A DNA stretch of 37,214 bases from a bacterium (GTDB lineage: Bacteria; UBP15; UBA6099; JAJRTR01), in contig JAJRTR010000133.1 in assembly GCA_024278215.1 (NCBI GenBank), positions 1 to 37,214 of the forward strand, in the 5' to 3' direction. Below, piece by piece: positions 1 through 9,164 of the stretch. How positions within the stretch are numbered: the stretch's first letter is position 1; each line of letters begins with the position of its first letter. Below the pieces are notes generated by a model that ran no database searches, was not told the origin of the DNA, and worked only from the letters and a program-made list of their open reading frames with translations. A program made the position numbers and the translations under genes.

Positions 1-2
1 AG

Positions 3-3000
3 CAGTCCCACAGTGTTCTCGGCCTTAACGGTTACATAATACGTCTGGCCCTCGACAAGCACCAGCGGCGTCGCCGTAGCGGCGGTTGCCACTCCCGCGT
101 CTGTCCAGTACACGACATCCGTCGCGCCGCTCGCTGTGCCGATCGCATACCAGTAGCGCTGCAATCCGCTCTGTCCGTCCGCCGACGCGGACCAGTTCAT
201 AGCGATATAGTTCGTCCAGGTCGCCGTGTCAATGTCTGTTCCGTTTCCGTCGTTAACAGTCAATATGTCGCTCGGCGGCGTCGCGTCGACCGTTACGCCG
301 TCCGAGGTAGTAGTATTCGAGAACAGACCGGCCCCGTTTTCGGCCTTCACCGTGAGGTAATACGTCGTCCCGTCGACAAGTGTCAACGTAGTGGTCGAGA
401 AGTTCTTGTATCCATAATTATCAGTCCAGTTGATGGTATCCGACGCGCCCGCGACCGTTCCGACACTGTACCAGTAGTGCGAAACCCCGCTTTCCGAATC
501 CGTGGACTCCGACCAGCTTCCCTCCAGGTCCGTAGTCGAAGCCTGCCATGTCGCGTCTGTCGAAAGGCCGTCGATCACGGTCACGATATCAGTTGGCGGA
601 GTATCGTCGTAGTAGTCGACCAGAGTTCCGTCCGAAATCGTGTTGGTCGAGAACAGGCCGACCCCGTTTTCAGCTTTCACAGTCGTGTAATACATCTGGT
701 TGTCGGTCAGGGAAAGTCCGGTGTCGTTCGCATATCTGGAAAGCCCGTTATCCGTCCAGCTTATCGTATCGGAAGCGCCGGGTGTTGTACCCACTGAATA
801 CCAGTACCTTGCTATCCCGCTTTCGCTGTCCACGGAAATATCCCAGTTCGAGCTCATATACGATCCGCTGCTCTGCGTGTCTTCGTCCGCGCCCGCACCT
901 TCATACACAAACGCGATAGTGCCCGGCGCCGTGTCGTCAACCGTATATGACAGTTCTGTCGAACTTGTGGCGTCGTCCGCGTTCGACCACTCGTCCTCGC
1001 AGCCGATGAAAACAGACTCGGTGCCCACCGACAGCCCTGTCGTCGAACACGAGTGATTGACGGCAAGCGCGACGTCACATGTGTGAGTTGCCGGCATCGA
1101 GGAATAATCCAGATCGGACAGAGCCCACAGGCAGCGGCTTGTCTCATCCGTGTCGAATGTCAACAGGGGTGATGTCGTCGCCACACCCGAATCGTCCGCC
1201 GGGTCCCAGTTGCTCTGTATCGGCGTGGACAGGTCGATCGTATATGTGAGCAAGGTATTTGTGTCGTAAGCATCCGAATTATTATTTGTGTCCATGCACG
1301 CGATATAGACGTTGTTGCTGCCTTCCGTGAGGCCCGTCGCAGTGCAGGTTTGCGACATTGTGCCCGCGCCTGCGCACTCGTTCCCTGCCGGCATGACCGT
1401 GTATGCGTTGTCGTATTCGTACCACCTGCATGTCGCGTTTTCGTCGGTGTCGAAAGTGATGACAACCGTCGAGCTTCCCTGCTCTGTCCCGCTTGCGGGC
1501 GACCAGTTGCTCTGCACCGGCGGCGCATTATCAACTACGACGCCGTCTGAAACCGAGACATTGGAATAAGTACCTGCTGTGTTCATCGCTTTGACCGCGA
1601 AATAATATGTCAATCCACTCGTCAGTGTCAGTCCGCCCTGTGTGACGGACGTGTTGCCGCCCGCGTAGGTCCAGTCCACTACATTTGTCGCGAATGTCGC
1701 AGTACCTATCGCATAATAATAGGCGGATATTCCTGTCTGGGGGTCCGACGAGGTCGACCAGTTGGCCGACAGCGATGTGGTCGAGCTGGCGAAGTCGCTG
1801 TCCACGCCCGTCTCCGTGCCGTCATAAACATTCGCTATATCGGTCGGCGGCGTACTGTCCACCGTGACATTTATATGTTCATTTGTCAGGTCCGTATCTT
1901 CGTTCAAATTGGTATCTATACAGGAGAGGTAGAAAATAGTGGCGCCGTCCGCGAGTCCCGCCACGTCGCAGGTCATGGATGTTGTTCCGCCGCCGCCGCA
2001 GTCCTGACCCGCCCCCATATCCGTATAGCCCTGGTCCGTCAGCGACCACCGGCACGAGCCGTTTTCATTCAGGTCGAATGTCACAGTCGGAGACGCTGTG
2101 CCTATGGTGCTGAATTTCGCCGGGTCCCAGTTGCTCTGCTGGGGCGGCCCGTTGTCCAGCTTCTGTCCGTCGGTCGTTACTGTTGCCGATACACCTCCCG
2201 CTCCATTTACCGCCCGCACATTGACGTAATACGTTACCCCGTCCATCAGGGACAGATTCAATTGCGTCATCCCATAGCCGGAAGTTCCATCGTCCGTCCA
2301 GTCCAATACATCCGTCGCACCGGCACTGGTGCCTATCGAGTAGTAAAACGTGTCGATTCCGCTTTCGCCGTCTGCAGCGTCCGACGCCCAGTTCGCGGAC
2401 ATCTGATCCGGCAAAAAGATTATATCCACGTCGCCCGGCCCCGCTCCGTCATTCGCCCAACTGGGTGCCGACGGCGCTGTCGCGTCATAGAGTTGCCGGT
2501 CGGAATTCGCGGCGGGCGATTGCAGCCCGACACCGTTCTCCGCCCGCACCGTGAAGTAATACTTCTGGCCCTGAATAAGCGACAGCCCCGTATGCGTGAC
2601 CCCGGTCGCCAGTCCGATGTCCGTCCAGCCCACCAGGTCCACAGCACCCGTGGAGGTGCCGATCCCATATTGATATTTGACTATTCCGCTTTCCGGATCG
2701 GACGAAGTATCCCATATCGCCGAAAGCTGTGTTCCGTCGTTTGTGAAATCTATATCGTCCGGCCCCGTGCCGTCATACACATAAGAGATGTTCGTAGGCG
2801 GCGTGCCGTCGACGATATCCACCTGCTGGCCGTTGGAATTGACCACTCCGGATTCTATCCCGCCCCAGTTCTCCGCTTTCACCGTGAAATAGCACCATGT
2901 ATAGTTCGGTATTTGCAATCCCGTGTGGGTTACGGACAGATTGTTGCCGTTGTCCGTCCAGTCGACAATGTCGGTAGCCCCCGGCGCGGTGCCTATCGCA

Positions 3001-6000
3001 TACCAGTAGCGCCTTATGCCCGAGTCTCCGTCGACGGCGGCGTTCCAGTTGGCTTCAAGCTGCGTCGCGACCGGCGTCGAGTTTATGTCCGCGCCCAGCC
3101 CGTCCCTGACCACTCCCACCGTCGACGGTGCCGATGTGTCAGTATTAAGTAACGCGCCGTCGGATACCGATGCGTTTCCCTCGAGTCCCGATCCGTTTTT
3201 GGGCTTGACAAAGAAGTAATACGTCTGTCCGTCGGTCAGGCTCAGACCGGTGATTGTCTCGGCGGTATCCGTTCCGGCGGATGTCCACGACATGAGGTCC
3301 GGATACCCGTTTGTCGCGCCGAGCCCCACGTAATAATCCGATATCGCGCTCTCGCCGTCTACCGATGCGGACCAGTTCGCCGGGTACTCGGTCGGGTCGT
3401 AAAACACGTCCCAGTCGGCGCCGGGCCCATCGTTCACCGTCGCTATATCGCCTGGATACGTATTGTCGACTTCCACGCCGTCCGCCTGGGTGGTCGCCCC
3501 CGTCAGCCCCACCCCGTTCACCGCTCTGACGGACCAGTAATATATGTCTCCATGCACAAAAACCAGTTCACTGTATGTTACGAACGTATTATCCGTATGG
3601 CTCGCCCAGCCGATAATATCCGAGCCGCCGGGCGTTGTGCCCAGCGCATATTCATAATACAGTATCCCGCTTTCCGGGTCGTCCACCCCCGACCACGATA
3701 CCGTCAGGTCGTCAGGCTCCGGACTCAGGTCCTGGCACAACGCGCCCGTCCAGTTGCAGACAGAAGGGTATGCTTCGCAATTGGTCTGATTCAATCCCGT
3801 GCAGATGCTAGTGTGTGATATGTAATCGCCGTCGTAGATGATGTCTATGGCGGGTGGCGGCGTGACGTCTGTATTGTTCACCTGCTGGCCGTCGCTGGTA
3901 ATCGTGTTGGACATGTAGCCCGCGCCGTTTTCCGCTTTCACCGTGAAGTAATATGTCTGACCGTTGACGAGGTCGAGTCCACCGTGCGTAACCGAGAGAT
4001 TCGTTGCGTTATCCGTCCACGAAACGGTGTCCGACGCCCCGGCGGTCGTTCCTATCGAATACCAGTAACGTGCGATGCCGCTGTCCACGTCCGAGGAAGC
4101 CGACCAGTTCGCCGACAGCTCCGTCATAACCGACGTCGTGTCGATATCGGCGCCCAGCCCGTCATTGAGCGTCGTAATGTCCGAAGGCGGTGTGTTGTCG
4201 ACCTGGAACCCGTCTGATGTTTCAACAGCCGATGCGTCGCCGTTTCCGTTATACGCGACTACGGATATGTAATACGTATTTCCCGTACCGCCGGCAAGCG
4301 CGTGCGCATCCGCCATCACTGTCGACGTGGAATTATTCGTCCACCCGATCTCGTCGGCGCCGCCGGGCGTCGTTCCCAGCGCGTAGGAATAGTATGCGAC
4401 GCCGCTTTCCGGGTCCGTCGTCGGCGGCCAGTTCCCGTATACGGTCGTGGTCGGTGTAATGTAATCGACATCTTCGCCGGTCCCGTCTCTGACGACCGGC
4501 ACCGCGGGCGGCGGCGTCGTCTCCGTATAACTCGTCATCTGTCCATCCGAGTTGCGCGCGCCTGTCCAGTTCCCGTTTCCCGCTTTCGCCATTACCGTGA
4601 AGTAATACGTGGTCAGATTCGCGAGCGCCAGATCGATATGCGTGACCGATGTCGCCGTGCCGATACTCGTCCAGGGCACAACATCCGTCCCGCCGGCCGT
4701 CGTCCCTATCGCATACTGATAATGATCTACTCCGCTTATCCCGCAATTGCAGTCATCCCAGTTGGCGGACAACTTGGTACCGTAAGGCGTAGTGTCGATA
4801 TCGGGAGCAATGGTGCCGTCACGCACAGCGTCGGGCAATGTCGGTATTCCCGTGTCGATCGTCACTCCATCGCTGATCGGGTAATAGCCGCCGCTGCCGC
4901 CTATTTTCGTCTGCATACCGACGCCGTTCTCCGCTACGACTTCGACGTAATATGTCGTACCGACGATCAGTGTCAGCCCCGTTTTGGTAAACGATGTGTT
5001 CAGTCCGTTGTCGGTCACCGCCACAATATCATTTCCGCCCTGTGTCGTGCCGATCTGGTACAGATACCTGACAATACCGGATTGAGGGTCCTGGACGACA
5101 TCCCAGTTTGCCGATAATTGGGTTGTTGAAGTCTGGAAGTCGATGTCCACTCCAAGACCGTCCCTCACTTCCGTCGGTCCCTCCGGCCCGGATGTGTCTA
5201 TCGTCACCCCGTCCGACACAACCTCTTTATATGCACCCGCGTTGTTGTAACCCCTGACCGTCACGTAATATGTCTGGTCGGGTTTAAGGGATAATGAAGT
5301 AACTTCCACAACCTTGGTTCCAGGTGAATAAGCGATAGTTGTCCAGCCCAGGGCTTCTGTCGTGTCCGTCGCCGTGCCGATTGCATAACGATATTTGTCC
5401 ATGCCGCTTCCAAGGTCCACGAAAGCCGGCCACTGGGCCTTGATCGTGTTGGTCGAACCCTGGAAATCTATGTCGACACCAGGATCAATAAATATTTCTA
5501 TCACAGGTTCGCCGCCGGTAGGCGGTGTGTTGTCGACTGTAATGCCGTCGGAATATGTAAATGCAAATGGAGCCACACCGGGCGGCGGCGGATCGTCAGG
5601 AATGCTTCCGGCACAGTTCTCGGGAATTACGGTAACGTAATACTTTGTCCCGTTCGACAGAGAGAGCCCGAGTCTTGAAAAACTGGTGGACGAACTGCCC
5701 GTGCTTGTCCAGTCGACAACTTCTCCGCCGCCCTGCGTCGTGCCTATACGATACTGATGATTGCATATTCCGCTCTGAGCGTCCGACGCGGCGTCCCAAC
5801 TCGCGTAAATCCGGTCCGTCCATGACTGGTAATCCATGTCAAGATGAAAAATAATTCCATCATAAACAGTTGCTATTGTGCTCGGAGGTGACAGGTCGAC
5901 ATCGAAACCGTCGGATACCCGCGCTGTCCCCTCTCCATCTGCGTTTTCCGCCCATATACATACATAGTTCTTACTCCCTGTCGAGAATGTACCGGTGTTG

Positions 6001-6305
6001 AGCGATCCTTGAAGATTTCCACCCGGGGGATTTGTCCATACTATCGTGTCCGGCGCGCGGTCGCAGGCGATACACGTATTCGTCGAAGACACGCACATGT
6101 GGTAGCCGGTAATAGTGCTTCCGTTCGGTGCAGCCGCATCCCAGTTGGCACCGATATCAGTAGTACTATTGTTCCAATCGACATCTATACCCAGATCGTA
6201 GCCGTCCCTCGCGGCGGGCGGCACTCCGGGCAGTGCTCGTGCGATTCCGGTCGAGGCCAGTGTGAGTATTACAAGCAAGCAGAATATTACGCTACTTCGC
6301 TTCAT
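3..6305 (-). CDS. Giant secreted/surface repeat protein (FN3-like and 4-Cys Ig-like modules), 3' end beyond the window (>=2101 aa)
   Basis: ATG at 6305-6303 preceded by AGGGGA. The N-terminus MKRSSVIFCLLVILTLASTGIARA looks like a signal peptide. The same frame reads sensibly at spot checks near 2100, 1200 and the left edge (LVEGQTYYVTVKAENTVGL). A ~105-110 aa unit recurs: ANW..D.ESGI..Y.Y.IGT..G..D...WTD.G...TYY.TVKA.N.AGL...SDG..VD.TPP. Confidence 0.9.
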   Translation of the reverse strand, partial: MKRSSVIFCLLVILTLASTGIARALPGVPPAARDGYDLGIDVDWNNSTTDIGANWDAAAPNGSTITGYHMCVSSTNTCIACDRAPDTIVWTNPPGGNLQGSLNTGTFSTGSKNYVCIWAENADGEGTARVSDGFDVDLSPPSTIATVYDGIIFHLDMDYQSWTDRIYASWDAASDAQSGICNHQYRIGTTQGGGEVVDWTSTGSSSTSFSRLGLSLSNGTKYYVTVIPENCAGSIPDDPPPPGVAPFAFTYSDGITVDNTPPTGGEPVIEIFIDPGVDIDFQGSTNTIKAQWPAFVDLGSGMDKYRYAIGTATDTTEALGWTTIAYSPGTKVVEVTSLSLKPDQTYYVTVRGYNNAGAYKEVVSDGVTIDTSGPEGPTEVRDGLGVDIDFQTSTTQLSANWDVVQDPQSGIVRYLYQIGTTQGGNDIVAVTDNGLNTSFTKTGLTLIVGTTYYVEVVAENGVGMQTKIGGSGGYYPISDGVTIDTGIPTLPDAVRDGTIAPDIDTTPYGTKLSANWDDCNCGISGVDHYQYAIGTTAGGTDVVPWTSIGTATSVTHIDLALANLTTYYFTVMAKAGNGNWTGARNSDGQMTSYTETTPPPAVPVVRDGTGEDVDYITPTTTVYGNWPPTTDPESGVAYYSYALGTTPGGADEIGWTNNSTSTVMADAHALAGGTGNTYYISVVAYNGNGDASAVETSDGFQVDNTPPSDITTLNDGLGADIDTTSVMTELSANWSASSDVDSGIARYWYSIGTTAGASDTVSWTDNATNLSVTHGGLDLVNGQTYYFTVKAENGAGYMSNTITSDGQQVNNTDVTPPPAIDIIYDGDYISHTSICTGLNQTNCEAYPSVCNWTGALCQDLSPEPDDLTVSWSGVDDPESGILYYEYALGTTPGGSDIIGWASHTDNTFVTYSELVFVHGDIYYWSVRAVNGVGLTGATTQADGVEVDNTYPGDIATVNDGPGADWDVFYDPTEYPANWSASVDGESAISDYYVGLGATNGYPDLMSWTSAGTDTAETITGLSLTDGQTYYFFVKPKNGSGLEGNASVSDGALLNTDTSAPSTVGVVRDGLGADINSTPVATQLEANWNAAVDGDSGIRRYWYAIGTAPGATDIVDWTDNGNNLSVTHTGLQIPNYTWCYFTVKAENWGGIESGVVNSNGQQVDIVDGTPPTNISYVYDGTGPDDIDFTNDGTQLSAIWDTSSDPESGIVKYQYGIGTSTGAVDLVGWTDIGLATGVTHTGLSLIQGQKYYFTVRAENGVGLQSPAANSDRQLYDATAPSAPSWANDGAGPGDVDIIFLPDQMSANWASDAADGESGIDTFYYSIGTSAGATDVLDWTDDGTSGYGMTQLNLSLMDGVTYYVNVRAVNGAGGVSATVTTDGQKLDNGPPQQSNWDPAKFSTIGTASPTVTFDLNENGSCRWSLTDQGYTDMGAGQDCGGGGTTSMTCDVAGLADGATIFYLSCIDTNLNEDTDLTNEHINVTVDSTPPTDIANVYDGTETGVDSDFASSTTSLSANWSTSSDPQTGISAYYYAIGTATFATNVVDWTYAGGNTSVTQGGLTLTSGLTYYFAVKAMNTAGTYSNVSVSDGVVVDNAPPVQSNWSPASGTEQGSSTVVITFDTDENATCRWYEYDNAYTVMPAGNECAGAGTMSQTCTATGLTEGSNNVYIACMDTNNNSDAYDTNTLLTYTIDLSTPIQSNWDPADDSGVATTSPLLTFDTDETSRCLWALSDLDYSSMPATHTCDVALAVNHSCSTTGLSVGTESVFIGCEDEWSNADDATSSTELSYTVDDTAPGTIAFVYEGAGADEDTQSSGSYMSSNWDISVDSESGIARYWYSVGTTPGASDTISWTDNGLSRYANDTGLSLTDNQMYYTTVKAENGVGLFSTNTISDGTLVDYYDDTPPTDIVTVIDGLSTDATWQASTTDLEGSWSESTDSESGVSHYWYSVGTVAGASDTINWTDNYGYKNFSTTTLTLVDGTTYYLTVKAENGAGLFSNTTTSDGVTVDATPPSDILTVNDGNGTDIDTATWTNYIAMNWSASADGQSGLQRYWYAIGTASGATDVVYWTDAGVATAATATPLVLVEGQTYYVTVKAENTVGL

Positions 6306-6523
6306 AAGAATCCCCTGTAAAATAGATTTGCATTGTCTACTCATACTCATTGCTCCCAGGGTCAACCCTGTGAACACAAAAAACCGGAAGCTACCGCTTC
6401 CATATTTTTATAAACGTATACAGGAAACGGCTGCCGCCGTAACCTGATTTTTTACATGGAAATGTATTGACTGTAGTAATTGACTCTATGTTTGAAAGAT
6501 TAAGATTCTTCACTGTTAATATT

Positions 6524-6552
6524 ATTATAGCACATTTTCCGCTTTTTGTGAA
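6524..6552 (-). promoter_or_regulatory. Putative sigma70 promoter for the giant protein gene
   Basis: On the minus strand, TTCACA (6552-6547), a 17-nt spacer, then TATAAT (6529-6524) with an extended -10 TG, about 220 nt upstream of the ATG. Confidence 0.6.
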
Positions 6553-6730
6553 TGCAGAACTCTGCACAAAAACCACCTCGTATGTGCTTTTTATTGCACG
6601 GTTTTACGGATTTCTCTGCAAGAAATCCGGATTAATTCCAAACTTGTGCATTTTTCAACATATTGTGAGAATTTCGGGGACAAGACTGGAATATGCCCTT
6701 TAATTCCGGATCGTCCTCATAAATTCCACT

Positions 6731-6923
6731 ACTGTCACGTCAGGCTTGCAACGTCGCAAGAAGGTGTAGACAAGGGCGGGGTCACCGTACCCCGCCTGAA
6801 CATATTTCTCGCGAAAACTGTTTGTACAGGCACAAGTTGAGGCGGAGTACAGTGCCCCCGCCCTTTACTTTTATTGTTTTAAATCTACCCCATTTTACAT
6901 TTTTCCTTTGTTGACATGGCACT
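6731..6923 (+). mobile_element. Family B non-autonomous element (~190 bp, terminal inverted repeats, internal inverted REP-like pair), copy 1
   Basis: Ends are ACTGTCACGTCA ... TGACATGGCACT. Inside are GGGCGGGGTCACCGTACCCCGCC and its imperfect inverse. It aligns along its length with the reverse complement of 12948-13133. Confidence 0.75.
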
Positions 6924-6960
6924 TCTTTTTATAAAAACGCAATAGTTCATTTAATCGAAA

Positions 6961-7133
6961 ATAATTCTTCGGGGCTTGCCCCGGAGTTGGTGATACGTAA
7001 GGTCGACACAATGTTGAGAGAAGCGCTCTTCTTGCGCTTCTCGACGAAAAGTTTTGAAAGAGTGTGAGAAAACTTCTCCAGAAGTTGTCTCACGTATTTT
7101 GATACCCCGGAGCCTGCTCCGGGGAGTTTCATT
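6961..7133. mobile_element. IS200/IS605-like non-autonomous remnant (paired terminal hairpins, no transposase)
   Basis: Hairpins CTTCGGGGCTTGCCCCGGAG (6967-6986) and CCCCGGAGCCTGCTCCGGGG-AGTTTCATT (7105-7133) resemble the subterminal palindromes of Y1-transposase elements. Two more hairpins lie at 7018-7042 and 7064-7093. Confidence 0.5.
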
Positions 7134-7424
7134 TCCAAAATATCACCTTATTACAAACCAGGGCTTGTATTCACCATACATTGCTCAATATTCTTCCGCA
7201 AAATACATGCCAGATTTCACTAAAAACTCAGCATTCCTACTTACAGTTTTGGCTCTTAAGAATGAAATCCTGCGCAAGGTTGTAAGGGGATGTTGAAAAA
7301 TAGATCAATGAACGAGGCGCGTTCAGACCCTGCGTTCCGGATCGGAGCCCCGAAACGATGAAAGCTGTTTTACCCACACAATTCGGCGAAAAACCCGGTT
7401 TTTTTCTGAAAAATGGTATCGACA

Positions 7425-9059
7425 TCAACCGCCGAACGAGCCGACGAGCAGTCCTTCGAGATAATCGCATTTTTCGCGATTCATGCCTTCAGAAGTTTCG
7501 ATCACGTCACCGATGAGAAGAAAATTATCTTTTTCGGCACTGTACGGCCGCCAATCAGGCACTTCGAATGCGCGCGGAATACCCGTTCGTGCAAATGTTG
7601 TCCAAAGATCAATAACCCTGCGCGACAGTGCCCGGTTGGACCTTGTTTTGAAATCCAGACCCATGAATCTGAAATTTCCGAACACAAAAGGAAGTTCGCA
7701 TCCGTGAAAAGCGCCGAGCCCCTGTGCGAATCCCGTCTCAACAGGAGCCTTTGTAAACATGTAGAGATATGTTTTAATATTGTTTTCGGCGAACAATCGC
7801 GCGGCGGCCCGCGTGGGACACACAAAACGCGTGTCCGTCGTCATCTCGATATAAGCGCGCTTCGGAGTCTTATAACGACCGGGCGCATACTGCCGCAGCA
7901 TGTCCGAGGGTTCGACTTCCGCACCGTATCGCTCTCTGATATATTCGACATTCGGACCGAGGCTGCTTCTGAATTCATCATAGGTTCGCAGGTCCCTGCC
8001 GATATTGAAAATGGTAGTCTCGTCCCTGTTGACGCCGAGCATGATGCCGATGTCCGACGAAAAGCCACCTTTATTGATGATCTCCAGCGCACGCCCGGGA
8101 ATTAGTTTGCCGTCGATATTCGGTTGAAAACTGAATGCTTCGCTGCTGTTATTTTTGCCGTTTGGCGACGAAGGGGGTGTCATGCCTGATCTCACAATGC
8201 CATAGATTTTATCCGCAGGCAACTGCCTAAGGCACATCGCCGCTGTTGCCGGGTCGCCGCAACCCAGCATCTCCGCCGCCCTGCTCCCTTCCTTTTCCGC
8301 CTCATCGAGCGTCCTGTATATCATCATCATGGGACTGCTCTGCATGATCGCCCTCCTGAACATCGCCGACACGGAAGGCGACGCAATAAAATTCGCAATG
8401 CTCACAGCGCCCGCGGATTCGCCGAACAGCGTTATATTGTGCGGATCGCCTCCGAAATATTCTATATTCTTCCGCACCCAACTAACTGCATAAGCCATGT
8501 CGTACATTCCGTAATTCCCACTGGTTCCTTTTGAATCCCTTAGTGCCGGATGCGCGAGGAAACCCATTGCGCCAAGCCGATAGTTGAAAGTAACAACAAC
8601 CACCCTGCCCTGCTCCGATAGCCTGTTGCCGCGGTATATTTCCTGCGAGCCCGAACCGGAAACGAAACCGCCGCCATGCACAAAAAGCATTACAGGCAGC
8701 AACTCGGCGCCCGCGTCATTCGGCTGCCATATATTCAGGTACAGACAGTCTTCACTTCCGACAAGTTTCCTTGACGGAAAAATACTCATCGGATATTGAA
8801 GGCATTCAGGTCCGAATTCATAAGCGAGATACGGCTGTTGCCATTCGGCATGTGGAACAGGTTTTTCAAAACGAAGCGATCCCACAGGCGGCGCGGCATA
8901 AGGTATTCCGCGATATTCGCACATGTCGTTTTCGCCGAGGTCCACGCCTGTTACAGGTCCTCTGTCTGTCGGTATATTCGCGCAATGCTTATTGTTCCGG
9001 GCGTAGCATAGGTTTGCTGAAGTTATAAATGTCAGGAGCAAAATTATCAGTATACGCAT
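7425..9059 (-). CDS. Type-B carboxylesterase/lipase family protein, secreted
   Basis: Motifs GIPYAAPPVG, SEDCLYLNIW, HGGGF, NYRLG, nucleophile elbow FGESAG and GAFHGCEL. The likely start is ATG 9059 (MRILIILLL... signal peptide); the ORF track extends it to 9161. Confidence 0.92.
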   Translation of the reverse strand: MRILIILLLTFITSANLCYARNNKHCANIPTDRGPVTGVDLGENDMCEYRGIPYAAPPVGSLRFEKPVPHAEWQQPYLAYEFGPECLQYPMSIFPSRKLVGSEDCLYLNIWQPNDAGAELLPVMLFVHGGGFVSGSGSQEIYRGNRLSEQGRVVVVTFNYRLGAMGFLAHPALRDSKGTSGNYGMYDMAYAVSWVRKNIEYFGGDPHNITLFGESAGAVSIANFIASPSVSAMFRRAIMQSSPMMMIYRTLDEAEKEGSRAAEMLGCGDPATAAMCLRQLPADKIYGIVRSGMTPPSSPNGKNNSSEAFSFQPNIDGKLIPGRALEIINKGGFSSDIGIMLGVNRDETTIFNIGRDLRTYDEFRSSLGPNVEYIRERYGAEVEPSDMLRQYAPGRYKTPKRAYIEMTTDTRFVCPTRAAARLFAENNIKTYLYMFTKAPVETGFAQGLGAFHGCELPFVFGNFRFMGLDFKTRSNRALSRRVIDLWTTFARTGIPRAFEVPDWRPYSAEKDNFLLIGDVIETSEGMNREKCDYLEGLLVGSFGG

Positions 9060-9164
9060 GAATCCGGCAAACAGGGTGCCCGATTCCCACTCCAGCGATA
9101 AAATCATCATACTTATACTTTTAATTATCCTATAGATATAAGATATAATATTATTCAGCATGTT

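Noticed and set aside
477-6320. Many plus-strand and alternate-frame ORFs, including 1875-3152 (425 aa) and 4302-5117 (271 aa)
   Set aside because: They are shadows of the giant minus-strand repeat gene: Arg/Val-rich, motif-free translations caused by its codon bias.
6911-6937. TTGACA promoter
   Set aside because: The hexamer is part of the family B terminal repeat and has no properly spaced -10.
7280-7410. Possible further MITE end (GGGATGTTGAAAAA) and the palindrome AAAAACCCGGTTTTTT
   Set aside because: No matching second end or second copy is found in the window; the palindrome may simply be a weak terminator.
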